From the IMG/VR virus record IMGVR_UViG_3300033066_001917, positions 96,001 to 160,000 of that record: a DNA stretch of 64,000 nt. One strand, given 5' to 3'. Position numbers and translations under genes: made by a program. This document shows, in pieces, positions 48,062-56,068 of the stretch. The stretch comes from a virus (lineage: Duplodnaviria > Caudoviricetes). The notes beneath the pieces were generated by a model that searched no databases, was not told the DNA's origin, and worked only from the letters and a program-made list of their open reading frames with translations. Position 1 is the stretch's first letter; every line of letters starts with the position of its first letter.

Positions 48062-48187
48062 TAGAGATGGTTGGATTTGAACCAACGTCCTGCGCCTGTT
48101 TTATCCGATTAAACTACATCCCCCTTACGGAAGAGGTGGGATTCGAACCCACAATCTGGCACTGTTCCGCCTCAGAACTTCATCTCT
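48062..48187 (-). ncRNA. Two-headed anticodon-less tRNA-like RNA
   Basis: Two D-arms, two TTC T-arms, one open and one GTAA-capped acceptor stem joined by a GTGCC/GGCGC helix. Confidence 0.75.
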
Positions 48188-48195
48188 TCAATCGG

Positions 48196-48267
48196 TAGGT
48201 CCGTAGGGTAACGATCCCTCTTCTGCGGCTTAAAAGGCCGCGGCTCATCCACTAAAGCTTCGGACCC
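48196..48267 (-). tRNA. tRNA-Lys(TTT)
   Basis: GCGGC-CTTTTAA-GCCGC; T-loop ATCGTTA. Confidence 0.85.
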
Positions 48268-48270
48268 ATG

Positions 48271-48410
48271 TGACGGGTTGGGTACCGTCCCCGATTAGAT
48301 CGGACTATTTTTTTGACCCGGAGTTTCCGGTATTCCCCAGCTAGGGGTCTGCTGCGGGTGCGGCCCCCGATGAGCTGCGATATCATGATCGCAATCGGGA
48401 CTAAGCGTCA
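48271..48410 (-). ncRNA. Candidate structured RNA
   Basis: Nested end pairing TGACG/CGTCA, CCCGATT/AATCGGG, internal hairpins; non-coding gap in RNA cluster. Confidence 0.4.
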
Positions 48411-48418
48411 CCCTCTCG

Positions 48419-48502
48419 TGTCCGGGGATGGAGTTGAACCACCCCACAAAACCGTACGGCTTTTCACCATCATGTTTTATGGGCGCCCTTCGCGCCAGGG
48501 AC
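48419..48502 (-). ncRNA. tRNA-like RNA with expanded anticodon arm
   Basis: GTCC../..GGAC-A ends, GGCGC hairpin, CATAAAAC/GTTTTGTG stem, T-loop TTCAACT. Confidence 0.5.
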
Positions 48503-48503
48503 C

Positions 48504-48653
48504 TGATTCATTGAATCTAATCAGAGTCGGGGAGTTGAATCCCGCGCAATTCATCCTGCCACCATGGCATCACGGACTCGAACCGTGCGGACTACTTTAC
48601 CGAGGTCTCTCGGTTACGCCAACCGTGGATCTCTGATTAGATTCAATGAATCA
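48504..48653 (-). ncRNA. RNA with 23-bp perfect terminal stem enclosing T-arm modules (Y-RNA-like architecture)
   Basis: TGATTCATTGAATCTAATCAGAG and its exact reverse complement flank CACGG-TTCGAGT-CCGTG. Confidence 0.55.
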
Positions 48654-48725
48654 TGGTGGAGGTAGAGGGAGTCGAACCCTCTCGTTTCGCGTGCAAGGCG
48701 AAACTCTAGCCCACTAGCTACCCCC
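48654..48725 (-). tRNA. tRNA-Ala(TGC), reduced D-arm
   Basis: G3:U70, loop CTTGCAC, CCA. Confidence 0.85.
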
Positions 48726-49266
48726 TTTCGTGATAGGGGACCATTCTTGTTTTCAAGGCATGGCACCAGACACATAAAACTTCAAGATTACTTAGATTAT
48801 TGTTACTCCTGTTACCATCTATATGGTGAACATCAAGCATTCTAATTTCTTTCCCATATCCGCAAAGGGAACAAATCGTACCGTGAAGCCCTAATGCTTT
48901 TGCTCTGTAAGAGGTTTTGCCCGTGGCATAATGATCAGGTTGAACGGCTGTAATTCCACCAATATGTTGGGCTAGTTCTTTGCATTTTCTGTCGCAGAAA
49001 GATAATCCGGATTTTGATACACTTAATTTTGAGGGTATCCGAGCTATGGTTTCACCGCACTGGGCACATTGTGTTGTGACTCTATTTTTTCGATGGAGAG
49101 ACGAACAATGCCGACTGCAAAACACATTGCCCTTCAAAGTATGTTTTGGTCTATATGTGGGTTTCCCACATTGTAAACAGGATACCTGATATAACTTCCT
49201 TACACGGTTGTCATATTCTGACGAAACAATAGCAGTGGGGATCATAATCTTATGTTTGCTATGCAA
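48718..49266 (-). CDS. HNH homing endonuclease with N-terminal Zn ribbons
   Basis: CSLCG...LDVHHIDGNRSNN.LSNL.VLC.WCH; 3' end overlaps tRNA-Ala. Confidence 0.85.
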   Translation of the reverse strand: MHSKHKIMIPTAIVSSEYDNRVRKLYQVSCLQCGKPTYRPKHTLKGNVFCSRHCSSLHRKNRVTTQCAQCGETIARIPSKLSVSKSGLSFCDRKCKELAQHIGGITAVQPDHYATGKTSYRAKALGLHGTICSLCGYGKEIRMLDVHHIDGNRSNNNLSNLEVLCVWCHALKTRMVPYHERG

Positions 49267-49554
49267 GGATTATGATCCCCACTTGGGGGTCATTGGATCT
49301 TACCCTTAATGACCCCCAAGTGATCGAGGAAATCGCCTTCTACGTTGCGGGGAGGGTGCGTGCCTCGAAGATGTCTTTTAGACCCATGCCAATCGCGTGG
49401 GCCAAACACGCATCGGCCGGGCTCGCATAGACCGGCTGCGAGGGGTTGCAAGGGGGGCAAGAGTGCCAACCACCACGCCAGGGCCATGCGAAAAAGATCC
49501 GCTTGGTCCCATCGAGGAATGTAATCTCGGCTCGACGTGCAGAACACATAGGTT

Positions 49555-49764
49555 TCACTCCTTCGGGGTGGTGGAGAGAGGGCCACACAGGAGAGACTCC
49601 AGGCTCAGGTCGTTGCCTGCCTGGAAAGTGAGGTAGGCAAGCTCACGGGGAGACACCCCCTTGGCGAGGGCCGCCTCGAAGATGGGCCGGAGTGCAGAGC
49701 GAATCTCGTTCTCAAGGTGGAGAGCCTCGTTCGTGTAGTGGTGATTGTTGTCGAAGAGTCCCAT
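49555..49764 (-). CDS. Hypothetical protein
   Basis: GGAAGG SD and YCGATA motif upstream. Confidence 0.5.
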   Translation of the reverse strand: MGLFDNNHHYTNEALHLENEIRSALRPIFEAALAKGVSPRELAYLTFQAGNDLSLESLLCGPLSTTPKE

Positions 49765-49852
49765 GATCTGCCTTCCTTCATCTCTATATCGACTGGGGGT
49801 GGTGGGAACCAATCGAAAACTAACCCAGGATGGTTTTTTTGTGGGGGTGAAA

Positions 49853-50218
49853 TCACCCCCACGTCACCACACCGATGTCCCCCGCACGGAGACCCAGTTC
49901 CCGGAGAAGATTGAGCTTCTCACTGAGATAACCCTTACGCCGACCGCAGTACACGACTTTGGCCCGACCAGGGGTGCAATCCTCTGTGGCCTCGATCGCC
50001 CCATCATCAATCCCGCCGTTGAGTGCCTTGTCGCACTTGGCGACAAGGTCACGACCACGAACCTCTCCGTAAAGGTCTCCATCCTGGCTACCACTCGGAA
50101 GGCCCACCGCGGACAGAACGTCCACCGCATTGGAATTGGACAGGTTGACGATCCGATCCCAGACGTTGGGGTCGTCATAATCGAGCTTCTCACCACGGAT
50201 TCCGAACGTGACGCTCAT
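49853..50218 (-). CDS. Hypothetical protein
   Basis: 121 aa, promoter motif upstream. Confidence 0.6.
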   Translation of the reverse strand: MSVTFGIRGEKLDYDDPNVWDRIVNLSNSNAVDVLSAVGLPSGSQDGDLYGEVRGRDLVAKCDKALNGGIDDGAIEATEDCTPGRAKVVYCGRRKGYLSEKLNLLRELGLRAGDIGVVTWG

Positions 50219-50337
50219 GATGCTTTCCCTTTACTTTCCGTCCCTATATCGACTGGGATGAGGGGAATCAACCCGAAATCAACAGGAGACGTTCACCCAC
50301 TCCCCTTTTGTATCGAGTGGGGACTCTCAAAACCAAG

Positions 50338-50793
50338 TCAAATGTTAGCGGAAAGAAGATTGCGGAGTTTTTCTGGCGCAAGCGGGATTGTATCGAGAAA
50401 CCCCACCATCTCCTGACGGTACATTGATAAAAGGCGAGGGTTCCCATCACGAAGACAGGACCGAACATTTGCAAGCCGATCCGCTGCCTTTACCGTCTGG
50501 GCATCACAATCACCCACCAGCTTCAGTTTGATACTTGCCTGCTTCTCTTTCCGGTTCCGACCGTAGCCCGAACACTTCTCCACCGTTGGAGCAGCGTGGG
50601 GGAATGCTTCCAGGAGCTCGGCGTAGAGAACAGGCGTGTCCTCCAGGACATCATGTAGATAACCGGCGTCTGAAAGATGACCCATCCCCTCGCTACGAAG
50701 GATACCCACCACTTCATCGAGATGATGAACGTAGGGGTGGGAACCATACATCTGGCCCCGATGTGCATGTTCAGCATAGCTTCGAGCATCCAT
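50338..50793 (-). CDS. Small alarmone hydrolase ((p)ppGpp HD hydrolase, SpoT-HD/Mesh1-like)
   Basis: AH.GQ.YG..PY..HL..V, AGYLHDVLEDT, VK.ADR.AN. Confidence 0.85.
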   Translation of the reverse strand: MDARSYAEHAHRGQMYGSHPYVHHLDEVVGILRSEGMGHLSDAGYLHDVLEDTPVLYAELLEAFPHAAPTVEKCSGYGRNRKEKQASIKLKLVGDCDAQTVKAADRLANVRSCLRDGNPRLLSMYRQEMVGFLDTIPLAPEKLRNLLSANI

Positions 50794-50801
50794 AGGAATG
50801 C

Positions 50802-51248
50802 TTACGTTTGAGCCGTCAGTTCCAGGACACGCCACGAATAGAAATCCGGAAGTTTTTCAGAGATGACCTTTAGAGTATTCCGGTCTCCCAGAATGATCAT
50901 GGGTCCGCGGACAATGCTAGGGAGAACGTCTCGACTCAAATTGAGACTTCCGAGGAGATTCAGCGTAGGGTCTTTCGCGAGGGGCTCAAGACCGTAGAGG
51001 ACAACTCCTGCACGGGCCTCATTTTCAAGGGCCATTCTAACCTGAGCCGTCACGTAGTGGTTCGCGTGAACCCCCACGGGGATCAGAGGAGCAATCGGGT
51101 GATCTCCTCGGAGACTCCGAAGATAGGACACCATATCCTGGTGAGTATTTTCGGGGGCCTCAATAAAGACGATGCCGAAATTATCGGCGAGGTCTTCCAG
51201 AGTTACAAGGAGTGCTTGGCGGTCTTCCTGGGTGAGCATCACATCCAC
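50802..51248 (-). CDS. Hypothetical protein
   Basis: 148 aa, C-terminal PDFYSWR. Confidence 0.55.
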   Translation of the reverse strand: MDVMLTQEDRQALLVTLEDLADNFGIVFIEAPENTHQDMVSYLRSLRGDHPIAPLIPVGVHANHYVTAQVRMALENEARAGVVLYGLEPLAKDPTLNLLGSLNLSRDVLPSIVRGPMIILGDRNTLKVISEKLPDFYSWRVLELTAQT

Positions 51249-51499
51249 CCGTGATGCGTTTCCATATCCATGTATGTGGAACGAAAACGAACACCGGCTT
51301 CCATGCCATCTACCACGTCTCGAAGGAGGTAGGTATCGCCACCAGCGGGATTCGGATGATTGGAAATCTCATCCATAATCCGGCGAAGAGCCTCTGGAAC
51401 CGTAGCCTCGAACTTCTCACGGGTGACACTGGCACCAGGGTTGGACGGGGAAAGGAAAGCGATGACCCAGGAACACTTCATGATGAAACCTCCATCCAT
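51239..51499 (-). CDS. Hypothetical protein
   Basis: GGAGG SD before internal MKCSW. Confidence 0.5.
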   Translation of the reverse strand: MDGGFIMKCSWVIAFLSPSNPGASVTREKFEATVPEALRRIMDEISNHPNPAGGDTYLLRDVVDGMEAGVRFRSTYMDMETHHGWM

Positions 51500-51510
51500 G
51501 TATCGATTGA

Positions 51511-51735
51511 CTAGTCCTCAAACCAACCCCAACCGTGATCAGGGTGGTATCCGACCCTTAAAACGTCTCCAGACTCAATACAAACGGCCGAAAATTGGTC
51601 CCCATCCTCTACCCACGTAGAAGATAGGATGAGGGACTGAAGTTTGGCGATGGTTTCGTCACGGGAACCATCGAAATCCGACCCGCAGTCCCTAACCGGG
51701 GTTAAAGAAGACGTGAATTCGATTCTCCATTTCAC
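51511..51735 (-). CDS. Hypothetical protein
   Basis: 74 aa. Confidence 0.5.
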   Translation of the reverse strand: MKWRIEFTSSLTPVRDCGSDFDGSRDETIAKLQSLILSSTWVEDGDQFSAVCIESGDVLRVGYHPDHGWGWFED

Positions 51736-51919
51736 AGTGTTTTTACCACGGTACGGAGAATGAGGACACGACTGCTGAGTTCAGCATATCGAACTGCCAC
51801 CTGGAGAATATATTGTGCCTTCTCCGGGGTGATATTTTGGGTAGACTCCCGAAGGCGATTTCCGGCCGCTTCGAGGGCTTCCTCCTGGATTTGGAGGATG
51901 TTCTGGATAACATCAGGGG

Positions 51920-52336
51920 TCATGTGCCACTCCACCGATAACATACCTGAATCTCGGGAGCATACTTTTGAAAGTAAGCCTCCATGGTGGGGGCGTTCCA
52001 GGAGGCGTTGTAATATTCCGTACCCTCCCAATTCGGCAGCGCTCGGCCAAGGCGAGTTCCCAGGATCGTCAGGATCCGGGAGAACTGTTCACCGAAACCA
52101 CCGTCCCCCTGGTTGGCCACACGATAGACCAGACGACCGTTTTTCTCGGCCTCGTCCATTACCCGACGCACGTGGCTCTGGAGCTCGGAATCCCCCCCAA
52201 GGAGACGAGTGAGCTCATCATCGCGATTCTCCCGGGTCACACCGGGGCACCAGATGGTGTTGGTGTCATCTTTGAGAGACCAAAGATCGGGGGACCTACA
52301 GAGACTGCTGACACTGACGAGAAGTCGAAGGTTCAT
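51920..52336 (-). CDS. Hypothetical protein
   Basis: Start downstream of GGTTG-N17-TCGATA motif. Confidence 0.55.
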   Translation of the reverse strand: MNLRLLVSVSSLCRSPDLWSLKDDTNTIWCPGVTRENRDDELTRLLGGDSELQSHVRRVMDEAEKNGRLVYRVANQGDGGFGEQFSRILTILGTRLGRALPNWEGTEYYNASWNAPTMEAYFQKYAPEIQVCYRWSGT

Positions 52337-52388
52337 GATTGAGACCCCTTTCCCCCATATATCGATTGGGGGAGATGAAAACCAACCC

Positions 52389-52742
52389 CTAAGCCTCGTA
52401 AATAGCCGAATACCACCCAGTGCAAGGTTCCGCTTGAACGCCGATCTCGCGGAGAGCCCCGTCCATCTCATCCCGCACACTCTGCCACTCGGAGTTGTAG
52501 GAGAGGAAGTTGTAAAGGTCTCCACCATCGTATACAACGATAAGAAGAGACTTGGCCCCATAGGACTCCCCACGTTCCACCCACTCTTTGGGGGAGTAGA
52601 AAGCCCTGCACCCCCCTGTATCCGTCATCCCGTGTTTGGCGAGAACTTTTTTGATCACGGCGGCAGCAGATCGCCCCTTCCGCGAAAGCCCCTTGGGAAT
52701 GTCGAGACCTTTGGGTGATGTATTACTCTGGTCCATCGTCAT
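52389..52742 (-). CDS. Hypothetical protein
   Basis: 117 aa, FYSPKEW..RGE.YG..S.L...YDGG. Confidence 0.65.
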   Translation of the reverse strand: MTMDQSNTSPKGLDIPKGLSRKGRSAAAVIKKVLAKHGMTDTGGCRAFYSPKEWVERGESYGAKSLLIVVYDGGDLYNFLSYNSEWQSVRDEMDGALREIGVQAEPCTGWYSAIYEA

Positions 52743-53059
52743 CTCCGAATCATCTCTAGGGTTTCTACCACACCACTCACTACAACAGTGAGTTTGATGT
52801 GATCAACCATTTTGGCGTCAATCCAACATTCGGCTCGTGTGGAATTCTTAGAGAACTCGTAGGTTTCCCTGACCCTTAGAATCCCATGATACAGAGTCCC
52901 CTGAACCAAGACGTAAGAATCGTCTTCTTCTCGGAAGGTGAAATGTGAGTTCTTCTTGAATTTCACCCCAAGAATTGCTTTGTTAGCGCTGGGGTGAAAG
53001 TTTACCGCCCCATTGAATGCAGACGGTGGAACCGACATCGGGAAACTAGGGTCAGACAT
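52739..53059 (-). CDS. Hypothetical protein
   Basis: 106 aa, coupled. Confidence 0.55.
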   Translation of the reverse strand: MSDPSFPMSVPPSAFNGAVNFHPSANKAILGVKFKKNSHFTFREEDDSYVLVQGTLYHGILRVRETYEFSKNSTRAECWIDAKMVDHIKLTVVVSGVVETLEMIRR

Positions 53060-53063
53060 TTAG

Positions 53064-53136
53064 CACTGGCGGAGGGACTCGAACCCCCAACAACCCGGGT
53101 AGAAGCCGGGAACTCTATCCATTGAGCTACGCCAGC
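53064..53136 (-). tRNA. tRNA-Arg(TCT), second copy
   Basis: CCCGG-CTTCTAC-CCGGG; A20 Arg identity. Confidence 0.9.
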
Positions 53137-53164
53137 ATTGGAGGCGGGGTGGGCCGCCCAGCGA

Positions 53165-53464
53165 TCACCGATTGATCATCGCCCAGAGATCCGAGCGAAC
53201 CTCATCGAATTCACCGTGGAACCGATAACAGACACCCGCCCCATCCAGGCAGGCGACGGGATTCAGGTTGTCGATCTTCTCTACCTCCATCTCGGCGGTC
53301 ATGGTAGAAACGGCAACCCGAACATTACCCCAGACATCGTATCGATACTGGTCACCATCCAAGGTGGACCATGTGTTGGAGCCCTCCCCATGCGAACGAA
53401 CATAAGCACGAACCTGATTGAGAAGCTCAGAATTGGTGATTCCCATGGCGATTTCTCCACCCAT
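53165..53464 (-). CDS. Hypothetical protein
   Basis: GGAG SD before MGITN. Confidence 0.55.
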   Translation of the reverse strand: MGGEIAMGITNSELLNQVRAYVRSHGEGSNTWSTLDGDQYRYDVWGNVRVAVSTMTAEMEVEKIDNLNPVACLDGAGVCYRFHGEFDEVRSDLWAMINR

Positions 53465-53497
53465 ATATCGATTCGGTTTGAATTACACCAAGAGAAA

Positions 53498-54076
53498 TCA
53501 AACCGATCCGTCTCCTTTTACGATTTGCCAGGGGCTACCGGAGACCGACATCTCGACCAGCATTCCGGAATCCAGAGCGGAGTTCTCTTTGACACTATTC
53601 CGGATTCTCGTGATACCGAAGTATTTCATGGTAGCCAGAGCCACGCGAAGGCTAGCCCGGCTAGCCATCTCCCGAATGTCCGGGTCGTGCCGACGAGGGC
53701 CAAAGTACCCCGCAAGGCATTCGATAGCCTTAGCATAGGCATCGTTCAGGCGCATGGAACGGTCTGTGCGCCACCCGAATTTGGGATTCCGAAGGAATCC
53801 TAGGGTGATCGGGGGGCATTCCGTGACCGTTTTATTGACGGTTGCGTTGTTAGTGTATCGAAATCGAAGAACCGGAACTTCTTCCCCGTTCCGAAAAGCC
53901 CGAGCGGGGTAGGGCGGATCGGTATCGAAAACCGAGAATACCATATCATCCTCGAAGGTACCCACAGCGTGGGGGTCCTTCTCTGTGACAAAAGCCTTCT
54001 TTCCCGTCTTCCGAACGGTGATGTTCTCGATTCGATCCGTACCCTCAAAATGGAGAGTCCACACAGCGGTCTTCAT
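53498..54076 (-). CDS. Hypothetical protein
   Basis: 192 aa, promoter motif upstream. Confidence 0.6.
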   Translation of the reverse strand: MKTAVWTLHFEGTDRIENITVRKTGKKAFVTEKDPHAVGTFEDDMVFSVFDTDPPYPARAFRNGEEVPVLRFRYTNNATVNKTVTECPPITLGFLRNPKFGWRTDRSMRLNDAYAKAIECLAGYFGPRRHDPDIREMASRASLRVALATMKYFGITRIRNSVKENSALDSGMLVEMSVSGSPWQIVKGDGSV

Positions 54077-54112
54077 AGTTCCCTCTGACGTATATCGACT
54101 GAGAAGTAGGAA

Positions 54113-54940
54113 TTAAAACTCGTATTTTGTGTGGATCAGCTTGTCACTCACAAACCCAGAAGCATGGGGGTGACCACCCCCACTCCCAAATGCCTTAGGG
54201 ACCAACACAGACAGATCAACCCCATCCTTGGCGTTCCGAAAAGAGTAGGCCCACCGACCATCCTCGGTCGGTCTCCACGAGAAGGCAAAGAGGAACCCAA
54301 TCCCAGCTTGATTGAGAACATCGCTTGTAAGGTTACGTGAGCAACTAACACCCGGAACAGGAACATCAATTCCTGGAAAGGTGTAAAGGGCCACCCGTGC
54401 CAACGTAGCCTCCACCTCTTGACGGTGAATCTCTAGGAGGTGGGCCCCTTCTTTCTTAGCAAGCTCTAGTCCACGGCTATAGAAGGAGTCCAGATCCTCA
54501 AGGGTGTAGCACTGAGAAAGAGCCGCCGCTACAGCTCGGGATTCGGGAAGGTTGTGTCGATAAAGATCTAGGGCCTCCGCATAGTTCACGAGCCACGGGC
54601 GCTCTGTACCACAATAGATATCCCACGTAAGGCCCGATCCAGAACGGTTGTCATCATAAAAAACCGTAGCCCCGTCTACTTCGAGAAGTGTAGGGTGGGC
54701 CGTGGAATGATGATCCGCTACTTCCACCTTTCGCGCGCGGGTGATAACATCTCTGTACCGATCCGCGGTAGGCACAATGTCCAGAAAGTAAACATCCTTA
54801 CCCACCACATCCTCATCCAGAAGAGGAGTAGCGTGCGCCAGTGGGACGAAATTGATGTTGTTGCCGAACGCCTCACGAAGCGACCAAGCAGCAACCAGAC
54901 CGTCGGTGCAGGGGTGGTGATAGTAGACTGTCTTTGACAT
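54113..54940 (-). CDS. DHH/DHHA1 phosphoesterase
   Basis: YHHPCTDG, FLD, DHH, YSFR, GGGHPHASG. Confidence 0.9.
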   Translation of the reverse strand: MSKTVYYHHPCTDGLVAAWSLREAFGNNINFVPLAHATPLLDEDVVGKDVYFLDIVPTADRYRDVITRARKVEVADHHSTAHPTLLEVDGATVFYDDNRSGSGLTWDIYCGTERPWLVNYAEALDLYRHNLPESRAVAAALSQCYTLEDLDSFYSRGLELAKKEGAHLLEIHRQEVEATLARVALYTFPGIDVPVPGVSCSRNLTSDVLNQAGIGFLFAFSWRPTEDGRWAYSFRNAKDGVDLSVLVPKAFGSGGGHPHASGFVSDKLIHTKYEF

Positions 54941-54987
54941 GGTTGGATCCCGTTGGGAAGAAGAATTCGGAAAGCTGCCGCTCTCCG

Positions 54988-55064
54988 TGGCACCCTCAGA
55001 AGGACTTGAACCTTCGACCTTCCGGTTCGTAGCCGGACGCTCTAATCCACTGAGCTATGGGGGC
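54988..55064 (-). tRNA. tRNA-Arg(ACG)
   Basis: Canonical cloverleaf, CCA. Confidence 0.95.
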
Positions 55065-55069
55065 ATGAG

Positions 55070-55144
55070 CCCGCCCAACGGGATTTGAACCCGTGATCTC
55101 CGGTGTGACAGACCGGCGGCCACTCCTAGCTGGCCCATGAGCGG
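55070..55144 (-). tRNA. tRNA-Asp(GTC)
   Basis: CCGGT-CTGTCAC-ACCGG, G73. Confidence 0.9.
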
Positions 55145-55145
55145 A

Positions 55146-55673
55146 TTAGTTAACATCAACCTGGAGGGTTACTGCCTCCGGGATCAGTTTTCTCTTACGG
55201 GGTTTTGGATCTTTCTGAACTTTGGTACCTCGATTTTTCCTGCCCCACGTTGGAGTCTGACTGTGGCAGTTGGGGCACAAAAATCGAAGGTTGGAAATTC
55301 GGTTATCATCTCGAATACCATTTTTGTGGTCTAATTGCAGTGTTAATGGCTTACCGTTGTATTCCGGTCCTATTCCACATTCCTCACATTGGTGTTTCTT
55401 GTAGCCACCTTTCAGGAATCTAGACCGAAGAGTGGATCCATCTACCTCGGACCCTAATCGGAATAACATAGTCTCTGCAACTTTTGGGAAACGTCCGTTG
55501 CAAATAGGTTTAATAAAGTGACTTGTATCTAAACCAAGGGCTAGAATAACTCGCCTCAAAGCAGATCGGTTGGCCCCTGTTTTCACAAGGTTCAATTTTT
55601 TCAAGGTTTGTGATAAATTAGAGGACTTGGCAATCGCTAAAATAAGCTGTTCGGTATCCCATTTTCTCTTCAT
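55146..55673 (-). CDS. HNH homing endonuclease
   Basis: CEECG...LTLQLDHKNG..DDNR.SNLRFLCPNCHSQT; abuts tRNA-Asp. Confidence 0.9.
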   Translation of the reverse strand: MKRKWDTEQLILAIAKSSNLSQTLKKLNLVKTGANRSALRRVILALGLDTSHFIKPICNGRFPKVAETMLFRLGSEVDGSTLRSRFLKGGYKKHQCEECGIGPEYNGKPLTLQLDHKNGIRDDNRISNLRFLCPNCHSQTPTWGRKNRGTKVQKDPKPRKRKLIPEAVTLQVDVN

Positions 55674-55730
55674 CCTGTATATTACGCCCCTTACAATTCG
55701 ACCTGTGATGGTTTGTTTTCCGGGTACACC

Positions 55731-55952
55731 TCAATTGTAATCTTGGGGGACCTCGCAGTATTCCTGCCGGTCGTACCCGGCATCATTGACCCACTGGAGC
55801 TCGTAAACCCGGCCCCATGAACGACCCTCCCCGTCCGGGTCCAGGATGGACTCCATGATGATGGGAGGTACTCCGAAAGTACCCGCCACACGGATAGCTT
55901 CGGCAAGGTTGGAACACTTGATACCACGAACAACGAACAGGTTAGTTTCCAT
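55731..55952 (-). CDS. Hypothetical protein
   Basis: GAGGA SD. Confidence 0.55.
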   Translation of the reverse strand: METNLFVVRGIKCSNLAEAIRVAGTFGVPPIIMESILDPDGEGRSWGRVYELQWVNDAGYDRQEYCEVPQDYN

Positions 55953-56068
55953 GATGTCCTCGCTCTAGAACCACGAACCTCTGACGGCTCCAACCCAATA
56001 TCGGTTGAGTTGGTTAGAACTCAACCCGTGGGTCTAGATCCGGATGTGGAAAATCGGACTGGTTGGGG

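Noticed and set aside
45871-48636. Track ORFs overlapping tRNA/ncRNA genes (e.g. 45871, 46598, 47203, 47864, 48313)
   Set aside because: They coincide with structured RNA genes and are spurious translations.
53064-53136. Amber suppressor tRNA (CTA within loop CTTCTAC)
   Set aside because: The 5-bp stem places TCT at positions 34-36, and A20 supports Arg identity.
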